64,000 nucleotides of DNA. It comes from Candidatus Cloacimonadota bacterium (GTDB lineage: Bacteria; Cloacimonadota; Cloacimonadia; G963667145). The stretch spans positions 660,776-724,775 of the forward strand of contig OY781061.1 of NCBI GenBank assembly GCA_963676515.1, read 5' to 3'. Position numbers and translations under genes: made by a program. Every line of letters starts with the position of its first letter. Positions within the stretch are counted from its first letter, which is position 1. Shown in pieces: positions 40,254 to 50,100 of this stretch. The notes beneath the pieces are model-generated. The model made no database searches, was not told the DNA's origin, and saw only the letters and a list, made by a program, of their open reading frames with translations.

Positions 40254-40384
40254 TAAACACCAGCAGAAATTTTGCGTCTTCAGCGTGCGAGGTAGGTTTA
40301 GATTTTAGATTTCGGCTTTGGTTTTTTGACTGTATGCTTTGTTTCGTATGCATTCCCAAGCTGGAGCTTGGGAACGAGGGGAAA
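40254..40384. repeat. 'C' repeat module copy.
   Basis: cagcagaaattttgcgtcttc...tttgactgtatgctttgtttcgtatgcaTTCCCAAGCTGGAGCTTGGGAAcgagggg. Copies lie at 40971-41099 and 52410-52530, with a variant at 53040-53200. Confidence 0.8.
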
Positions 40385-40414
40385 TCCCTCTGATAAGAGA
40401 AGATACCTGCTTTT

Positions 40415-40639
40415 TAGCTTTCAGCTGGACTCCATCTTTTCTTTGAACGCTCAACGAAAAGATAGAGGAGAAAAGAAAACCGCTCCGCTTCAATCCGCCA
40501 GAGAGATGGCGTGAGGTGTGTAGGCTGTCCGTGGTGGAGAGCACCTCCGATATTTGTTCTTAGCTGTGCATTTTCAATTGCTGGCATTGCAGTGCCATAG
40601 ATAAAGGTCTGTGTCTCTGGCTCTGCCCGTGAAGCGGAG
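40415..40639. repeat. Repeat module 'D', copy 2.
   Basis: About 90% identical to 128-350. Confidence 0.8.
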
Positions 40640-40660
40640 AAATTCCCCATCCTAGCTAGC

Positions 40661-40970
40661 AGGTAAGACCGCCCTTCCCTACCCATTGATAGCATCGTGT
40701 GGGAGAATGGATTCCCGCTTCCGCGGGAATGAGGGCTGGTGGCGATGCAGAGCTGGTGGTGAATAAACATACTGGCTGATGAAGGCACAAGGCGTGTGGT
40801 GTGCAGGAATGGGGACTGGAGGGAACACAGAGGAGACAGTAACCGCAGATGGACACAGATGAGGGCGGGTGGTGACACAAGGCGTGCGGTGTGCAGGAAT
40901 GGGGACTGGTGGTGTGCTTCCTTGCCTTGCTTGCCTCATCCTCGCGAAAGCGGGGATCCAAGGGCGGGTG
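40661..40970. repeat. 'BA' repeat unit copy with an internal ~48-bp partial duplication (40821-40868).
   Basis: Aligns to 40057-40253 except for the inserted segment gggaacacagaggagacagtaaccgcagatggacacagatgagggcgggtggtgac, which is itself related to 40012-40050. Confidence 0.75.
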
Positions 40971-41099
40971 CTAAACACCAGCAGAAATTTTGCGTCTTCG
41001 GCGTGCGGATCGTTTAGAATTTAGCTTACAGCTTTGGTTTTTTGACTGTATGCTTTGTTTCGTATGCATTCCCAAGCTGGAGCTTGGGAACGAGGGGAA
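40971..41099. repeat. 'C' repeat module copy.
   Basis: Aligns to 40254-40384. Palindrome at 41069-41090. Confidence 0.8.
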
Positions 41100-41137
41100 A
41101 AAAATCCTTGCTGCCCAAACAGAAATGAACGAAGCAT

Positions 41138-41173
41138 AAAAAAAGTGAACACGGTCTCTAGTCGTATCCACTT
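41138..41173 (-). terminator. Rho-independent terminator of giant gene 2 (module E).
   Basis: Hairpin agtgaacacggtctctagtcgtatccact with an A7 run on the + strand (U-tract on the minus strand), about 20 bp past the stop codon. Near-identical copy at 53567-53603. Confidence 0.75.
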
Positions 41174-41192
41174 CTTCTTCTAAATTTAAAAT

Positions 41193-44100
41193 CTAGTCAC
41201 TAAAGTAAGGTTGATAATACACATTCCACGCTGGATAAGTATTGAGAGAAAAACTATCGTGACTGGTTACCTTGCTCACATCCCAATTTCCAAGATTTTG
41301 GAAAAAGAGTTTTGCTCCGTTAAACATATGAGCCATATCTGTGACACTACTCACATTCCAATCACTGATGTCTTGGTTAAAAATATATGCAGAAAAAAAC
41401 ATCTTAACCATTTTTGTGACACTACTCACATTCCAACCACGGATGGGTTGGTTAAAAGCATATGCATTACTAAACATATAACTCATGTCTGTGACATTGC
41501 TTACATCCCAATAATTTATGTTTTGGTTAAATGCTTCAGCCTGACAAAACATATTTTTCATAGTGGTGACATTATATACATGCCAACTACCTATGTGTTT
41601 GTTAAAAGAAAGTGCCTTATAAAACATATAACTCATATCTGTGACATTCTTTGTTTCCCAGAAATTTAAGGTTTGGTTAAAAGAAGTTGCACTATAAAAC
41701 ATATAACTCATATCTTTAACATTGCTTACATCCCAACCACCTATGTCTTGGTTAAAAGCACCTGCATAATAAAACATATAACTCATATCTTTGACATTGC
41801 TTACGACCCAACCACCTATGTCTTGGTTAAAAGCACTTGCACCATAAAACATTTGATTCATATCAGTAACATTGCTCACATCCCAACCACTGATATCTTG
41901 ATTGAATGTTGTGTTATTTAAAAACAAGCTAGACATATCTGTAATCATGCCTGTATTTACTTCGCTAACATCATTATCAGCAGTTATCCTAGCCCGCAAA
42001 ACAGTTTTCGAGATATATGGCTTTTTGTATACGGCAGTAGAGTAGTCAGATAGCCCTGCATCGCTATAAGCTTTCACTTTGTAATAATAATTTTGGGTTA
42101 CTCCAATCCCTGTGTCGTCGTAGGTGGTGCTAGTGACACTAGTAATTAACTCATAAGAATCATAGAGAGAGGTTGCTCGGTATATGTTGTATTTTGTAGC
42201 TCCACTGACTGAGTTCCAAGATAAGTCTATTTGCTCAAAGGTTGTAGTTTTAGCTGATAAATTAGTCGGAGCGAGCACATTCGTGGTGACACTCAATAAG
42301 TTAGAATACCCACTTTCGCCGTTTGCATCGCAAGCTGTTACTTTGTAATAATAGGTTGTATTGGCGGAGAGTCCTTTGCTCGCGCCAGACTCGCTAGTGA
42401 CACTAGTGACATAAGTGTCAGGTCCACCACTAGAGGTTGATCTGTATATCTTGTAGCTAGTGGCACCGGCAACTGAGCTCCAGCTCAGGGTTATTTGAGA
42501 AGAGCTGGAATAATCTTTAGCTAGATTGATGGGAGCTGCCAGAATCGTGGTCGCACTTACTTGGCTAGAACTCTCAGATTCCCCTACATCACTGTAGGCT
42601 GTCACCTTGTAGTAATAGGTTGTGCTCACACTGAGCCCTGTGTTAGAGTAAGACTCGCTACTGACACTAATTAGGAGAGTGAGAGTCTCACCACTAGAGG
42701 TTGACCTGTATATCTTGTAACCTTTTGCTCCTGCGACTTTGCCCCACGATAAGTTTATTTGTGAAGAGTTCGTGGCTGTAGCAGAGAAACCCGTGGGAGC
42801 GGCGACGATAGTGGTAGCACTCACCGTGTCGGAGTATTCACTGTTGCCATTTGTGTTGTAGGCTCGCACTGTGTAGAGGTACTCTGTGCCTGCACTGAGC
42901 CCTGTGCTGTGGCAGAGAGTGTCTGTGACAATTTCAGTTTTGAGGTAACTCCCATCGCTATCTAGTCGGTCAACTTTGTAACCTGTAGCTCCTGCGACTG
43001 AGTCCCACGCTATGTCTATCTTAAAGGAGCTGATGACATTACTGGTGAGGTTAGTAGGTGCTAAGACTATCGTGGTGTCCTTCAGGATGTCAGAGTAATC
43101 CGATTCCCCTGCATCATTCTGGGCAGTCACTTTGTAATAATACTCCGTATTTGCAGTGAGCCCTGTGTCGCTGTAAGAGGTGTCCATGCCCACAGCTGTG
43201 TCGAGATAATCTACACCATCTGCAGAGTAATAGAGGCAATAGCTCGTCGCACCAACGACTGAGTCCCATCGCAAATCTATGCGTGATGCACTGACGACGC
43301 TGTCGGTAAGATTGGCTGGAGCTAAGACTCTAGTGGTAGCAATCAGTGTGTCGGAGTATTCGCCATCGCCCTTCGCATTGCGAGCCTTCACCTTGTAATA
43401 GTACTCTGTGTTTGCGGCTAGCCCTGTGCTGTAGTAGGTGGTAACAGTCGTATCGCCAATCTTGGCATACTCTCCATCACGAGAGGGTGCTCGGTATATT
43501 GCGTAGCTCGTCGCTCCAGCGACTGCCTCCCAGCTCAAATCTATGCGTGATGAGCTAAATGCACTGCTGGTGAGGTTAGCAGGAGCTGCGACCATCGTGG
43601 TGTCTGTGAGTATGGCAGAGTATTGACTATAGCCGCCTACATTGTGTGCCCTCACTTTGTAATGATACACCGTGTAAGCTGTGAGTCCCGTGTCGCTGTA
43701 GGAGGTGACATCGCCCACTGCTGTGTCGCTGTAGTGTGTGCCATCTGTGGAGTAAGAGAGGTAATAGCTCGTCGCACCAGCGACTGCCTCCCATTTCAAA
43801 TCGATGCGTGACTCGCTCACGACACTGTCGGTGAAATTGGCAGGAGCGAGGAAAATCGTGGTATCGCTCACTACGCTGGAGAATACGGACTCTCCAGAAG
43901 CACTGTAAGCTAGCACCTTGTAAGAGTAGACTGTATTTGCCGTGAGCCCTGTGCTGTAGTAGGGGGCATCGCTGGTATCGCCGATTTCGCTGTAAGTTCC
44001 ATCACTCTGTAATTGGTGTATGCGATAACCTGTCGCTCCCTCGACTTCGCTCCAAGCTATGTCAATTTGGGAAGAGCTAGTGGCAGTAGCAGAAACGGTA

Positions 44101-47100
44101 GCAGGAGCTAGCACTCTTGTGGTCGCACTAATTGTGTCGGACTCTTCACTGTCGCCATTTCCATTGTGAGCTTTCACCTTGTAAATATACCTTGTGGCTG
44201 CGGCGAGTTCTGTGCTGTGATAGGTAGTAGCAGTTGTGTCGCCTATTTCAGTGTAATACTTGTCACTAAAGAGTGCACGAGATATTTTGTAGCTGGTAGC
44301 CCCGGGGACTGTGTCCCACGATACATCTATCTGTGAGGCACTAACGATGCTGTCCGTGAGGTTACTCGGAGCTACAACGATGGTGGTGTCGCTGGCTACG
44401 CTAGAGAGTGCAGACTGCCCTGCATCACTATAAGCAGATACTTTGTAGAAATACTCTGTGTTTGCGACGAGATTTTTGCTGTGGTAAACTAGCGTTGCAT
44501 AAAGGTCAGTTTCGTCGTAAGTTCCATCACTCTGTAGTTGGTGTATCTTGTAACCTGTCGCTCCTTTAACTTCGCTCCAAGTTATGTCAATTTGGGAAGA
44601 GCTCGTGGCAGTGGCAGAAACATCGGCAGGAACTAACACTCTTGTGGTCACTTTTTTGGCTTGCGAGGCTTCACTATCGCCATTTCCATTGCAAGCTGTT
44701 ACCTTGTAAAGATACTCTGTGTCTGCGATGAGCCCTTTGCTGTCGTCGTAGGACTCACTACTGGCGACACCAACACTGTCGTAATCTCCATCACTAGCGA
44801 GTGCTCGGTATATTTTGTAGCTGGTAGCTCCAGCGACTTCTTGCCAGCTCAGATTCGTCTGTGTAGCACCAGAGGCAATGACTGTGAGACTCGTGGGAGG
44901 CAAGAGTCTCGTGGTGTCGCTCACTACGCTAGAGAGTGCAGATTCGCCTGCATCGCTGTGGGCACTCACTTGGTAATAATACTCTGTGTTTGAAGCAAGC
45001 TCTGTGCTGTGATAGATGAGGCTGTCGGTTGTGCCAAGCTCGCTGTAAATCCCATCACTGCCCAAAATATAGATGCTATAATCTGTCGCTCCCTCTACGA
45101 GAGCCCAAGAGATGTCAATTTGGGAGGAACTCTGAGGCGTAGCCAAAACGCTACTCGGAGCTACGACAATGGTCGTCACTCTCAATGAATCAGAAAATTC
45201 GCTGTCGCCCTTTGTGTTGTGGGCTTTCACCTTGTAGAGGTAGGTTGTGTTTGCGGTGAGCCCTGTGCTGTAGTAGTAGGCAGTGGTCGTATCGCCAATC
45301 TCGGTGTAATCCCCGCCACTAGCGAGTGCTCGGTATATTTTGTAGCTTGTCGCTCCATCTACTTTGCCCCAGCTCAGATCTATGCGTGACTCACTGATGA
45401 CACTGTCGGTAAGTCCCTTCGGAGCTGCGACTATAGTGGTGTCGCTTAAAATTTGGGAAGGCTCGCTCTCGCCGCTTCCATTATCAGCTGTCACTTTGTA
45501 ATAATAAACTGTGTTTGGAGCAAGCTCTGTGCTCTGGTAAGAAGTGTCAGAGGTCGAGTCAATCCCAGCGTAATCTCCATCGATAGAGGAGGCTCGGTAT
45601 ATTTTGTAAATCTGGGCTCCATCGACTTCGTTCCAACTTAGATTTATTTGTGAGGAGCTGACAACACTATCGGTGAGATCGGCAGGAGCTAACACTCTTG
45701 TGGTCGCTTTGATTTCTGAGGCTGCACCATCGCCGTTTACATTGGTAGCTATCACCTTGTAAGAATACTTCGTGTTTGCACTGAGCCCCATGCTCCCATA
45801 GGAAGTTGTATAAACCTCAACTACTCTGCCGTCACTAGAAGGCGTTCGAGATATTTTGTAGCTGGTAGCTCCAAACACTGAGTCCCATTGCAAATCTATG
45901 CGTATCGCACTCACGACATCGTAGGCAAGATTAGCAGGAGTTGCCACTCTTGTGGTCGCACTTTTGCTTTCGGAGGAGTCACTCTCGCCGCCTACATTGT
46001 GAGCGGTTACTCTGTAATAATACTCCGTGTGTGCTGTAAGTCCTACGCTGTCCTCGTAGGACTCGCTACTGGCACTATCCACATAATTGTAATCCCCAAC
46101 CATCGAGAGTGCTCGGTATATTCTGTAGCTCGTGGCTCCATCGACTGAGCTCCAAGATAAACCTATTCGTGAGGAGCTTTCGCTGGTCACTAAAAGATTA
46201 GCAGGAGCCAAGAAAATCGTGGTGTCACTTGCGACATCAGAAGGTACACTCTCACCGCTGGCACTACTAGCACTCACCATATAGAAGTACTCTTTGTTTG
46301 CTGCGAGTCCAGTGCTATCATTGTAATACTCGCTACTGGTCACGCCGACACTGTCGTAGTCTCCATCACTAGAGGATGCTCGGTATATTGCGTAGCTCGT
46401 GGCTCCGCCGACTTCGCCCCAAGCTAAGTCTATTTGGTAAAAGCTTTTGGCAGTAGCTACTAAATTTACAGGAGCTAACACTCTTGTGGTCACTTCTATA
46501 ATTTCTGAGTCTTTGCTGCTACCCTTTGCGTTGTGAGCGTTCAGCTTATAGAAATAAGCTGTGTTCGCACTGAGTCCTGAGTTGTCGAAGTAAACCAAGC
46601 CAGTGCCTCCACCCATTTGCCAATAATCTCCGCCAATAGTGGATGCTCGATGAATTGTGTAGTTGGTAGCTCCAGCCACTAAGTCCCAGCTCAGCTTTAT
46701 TTGTGATGAGCTGATGGCTCTGTCGATGATGTTACTAGGAGCTGCCACCATCGTGGTGTCGGTAGCTATCTCAGAGTATGCGGACTTCCCTGCATCGCTG
46801 TAGGCTTTCACCATGTAAGAGTAGCCTGTGTATGGGCTAAGCCCAGTGCTGTCAGCGTAAAAATCGCTGCTGTCCACGCCAATGCTGTCGTAAGCTCCAC
46901 CAGCAGAGGGTGCTCGGTATATTATATAGCTCGATACTCCGGGGACGGTGTCCCATGCCAAATCTATGCGTGAGGCACTTTTGGTAATGGCTGTCAGATT
47001 ATCAGGGGCTAACACTCTTGTCCTCACAGTCGATACGCCAGAGGCTTCGCTCTCGCCGTTTCCATTGTATGCTGTTACTTTGTAGGAATAATCCGTATCT

Positions 47101-50100
47101 GCACTGAGTCCTGTGCTGTCATCGTAGGACTCGCTACTGACATCCCCAATTGGCTTGTATTCCCCATCACTAGGGTCTAATCGGTACACTTTGTAGTCTG
47201 TGGCTCCATCGACTTTGTCCCAAGATAAATTTATTTGTAATGCACTGAAAGCACTACCGCTAAGATTCGTGGGAGCTAAGACGATCGTGGTATCGCTTGC
47301 CATATCAGAGTAATCGGACTCCCCTACTCCGTTATAAGCTCGGACTTTGTAGTAATACTTTTTGTTTGCGATGAGCTCTATACTGTCCTCGTAGGACTCG
47401 CTACTGGCAACGCCCACACTGTCGTAAGGTCCACTAATATGGGATGCTCGGTATATTTTGTAGCCCTCTATTCCAGCGACTGTGTCCCAAACTAAGTCTA
47501 TTTGTGATGAACTTTTGGCTATGGTAGATAAACCCGTGGGCACAGCGACAATCGTGGTTGCTCTCAAGGTGTCGGAAAAGTCACCCTCGCCGTTTGCATT
47601 TTTAGCTCGGACATAGTAAAAATATTCCTCGTTTGCATCGAGTTCTTTGCTGTCGTAGGTAGTACTCGTGGAGACAAATATAGAAGAGTAATCTGTATCC
47701 TTATTTTTGGAGTAAAAGATATAATAGCCAGTTGCTCCCTTGACTGGGTCCCAAGACAGATTTATCTGTGATGCACTCACGACACTGTAAGAGAAATTGC
47801 TAGGAGCGGCGACGAGCGTGGTTTTGCTCACGGTGCTAGAGGCTTCCGACTCTCCCGCATCGCTATAGGCGGTGACTTTGTAGGAGTAATCTGTGTATGG
47901 GCTGAGCCCTGTGCTCTCGTAAGCGAGCTCCCCAATAACATCGCCGATTTCAGTGCTATCTCCAACACTATTTAGTTGGTAAATTTTGTAGCCTGTAGCT
48001 CCAGCGACTTCGCCCCAAGCTAGGTCAATCTGAGAGGAGCTTTCGACTGTGGCAGACAAACTCGTCGGGGCTGCGACGAGTGTGGTGACAATCAATGTGT
48101 AAGAAAATTCGCTGTCGCCTTTGCCATTGTAGGCTAGCACTTTGTAGTAATGCTCGCTATTTGCGGCGAGTCCTGTGTTGCTGTAGGTGGTGACATTGCC
48201 TACTGCTATCTCGCTGTAAGATTGACCGCTGTCTGCAGAGAAAGCGAGGCGATAGCCCGTTGCTCCGTCGACTTCGTCCCAGCTCAGGTCTATCTGCGAT
48301 GAGCTAACTACACTGTCGCTGAGGTTGCTCGGAGCGGCGACCTTCGTGGTGTCGCTCAGTGTGTCGGAAAACACGCTGTAGCCGTTGCCATTGTAAGCCA
48401 GCACCTTGTAGAAGTAGGCTGTGTTTGCACTAAGCCCTGTGCTGTGGTAGATGAGGCTGTTGGTGTCGCCGATTACCTTGTACTCCCCACCAATGGCGGG
48501 TGCTCGGTAAATTGCGTAGCTGGCTGCTCCAGCGACTGAGTCCCATCGCAAATCTATGCGTGATGCACTGACGACGCTGTCGGCAAGATTGGTTGGAGCT
48601 AGGACGATTGTGGTGTCGCACAATGTGCTAGAGAACGCACCATCGCCTTTGCCATTGTAGGCTAGCACTTTGTAGTAGTGCACGCTATTTGCGGTGAGTC
48701 CCGCGTGGCTGTAGGTGGTGACGGCACAATCTACTGTGTCGCCATAAGTTACGCCGTCTGCCGAGATTGCGAGGAGATAACCATCTGCTCCGTCCACTGC
48801 GTCCCAGCTCAGGTCTATCTGCGATGAGCTGACGACACTGTCGGTGAAATTACTCGGCGCGGCGACGATAGTGATGTCACTCACGACGCTAGAGGTGTCT
48901 GATTCCCCTGCTCCGCTGTAGGCTGTCACCTTGTAGAAGTAGGTTGTGTTTGGGCTGAGTCCTATGCTGTGGTAGAGAGTGTCTGCGATAAGGTCAATGC
49001 CAACATAAGTCCCAGCACTATTTAATTGGTAAACTTTGTAGCCTGTCGCTCCAGCAACTTTGCCCCAAGATAAGTCTATTCGCTCAGAACTTCGGGTTGT
49101 GGCAGCTAGCTTACTCGGAGCGGCGACAATCGTGGTGTCGCTCAGTATGGCAGAGAAATTGCTGTAACCTTTTGTGTTGTATGCCCTTACCTTGTAGTAA
49201 TGCACGCTATTTGCGGCGAGTCCTGTGTCGCTGTAGGTGGTGACATTGCCCACTGCTGTGTCGCTGTATGTCCGCCCGCTGTCTACAGAGAACGAGAGGC
49301 AATAGCCATTAGCACCAGTGACTGCATCCCAATAGAGATCAATCTGTGATGCACTGCTGACACCATTGGTGAGATTGCTCGGAGCGGCGACGATTGTGGT
49401 GTCGCTCAGTGTGCTAGAAAATTCGCTATAACCATTGCTATTGTAAGCCTTTAGCTTGTAGATGTAGACTGTGAAAGCGGCGAGTCCTGTGTCGCTGTAG
49501 AAGTTGCTACTGGCAACGCCGACACTGTCGTTCACTCCACCACTGGCGGGTGTGCGGTATATTGTGTAGCTGGCAGCTCCGGGGACTGTGTCCCATCGCA
49601 AATCTATGCGTGATGCACTCACGACGCTGTCACTGAGGTTGCTCGGCGGTGCAACGATGGTGGTGTCGCTCACCGTGCTGGAGGCTTTGCTGTCGCCAAC
49701 TGCACTGTATGCCCTCACCCTGTAGAAGTACTCGGTGTTTGCGGTGAGTCCTGTGCTTTGGTAGGCGGTGACATTGCCTAGAATGGTGTCAAACTGGATA
49801 CCAGCAGTGGTGGACTGGGTTAGTTTATAGCCGTCTGCTCCTTCCACTTCGCTCCACGATATGTCGATTCGAGATGAGCTCTTGCTTTTGGCGGAGATAT
49901 TTTTCGGTGTCAAGACCATCGTGTAGGTGCTCAAGGTGTCCGAGAATTCGCTATAGCCTCTCAGATTGTAGGCTCGCACTGCGTAGAAATACTTCGTGTT
50001 TGCCTCGAGACCTGTGCTGGGGTAGAGAGTGTCCGTGCCGATAGGTGTGTCGCTGTAAGTTTGACCGTTGTCGGCAGAGAAAGAAAGATAATATTCAGTT

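Noticed and set aside
39848-41192. Possible CRISPR array or integron attC sites suggested by the recurring palindromes.
   Set aside because: Repeat units are heterogeneous in length and order, with no constant repeat and unique-spacer periodicity. No cas, integrase or transposase gene lies anywhere in the window.
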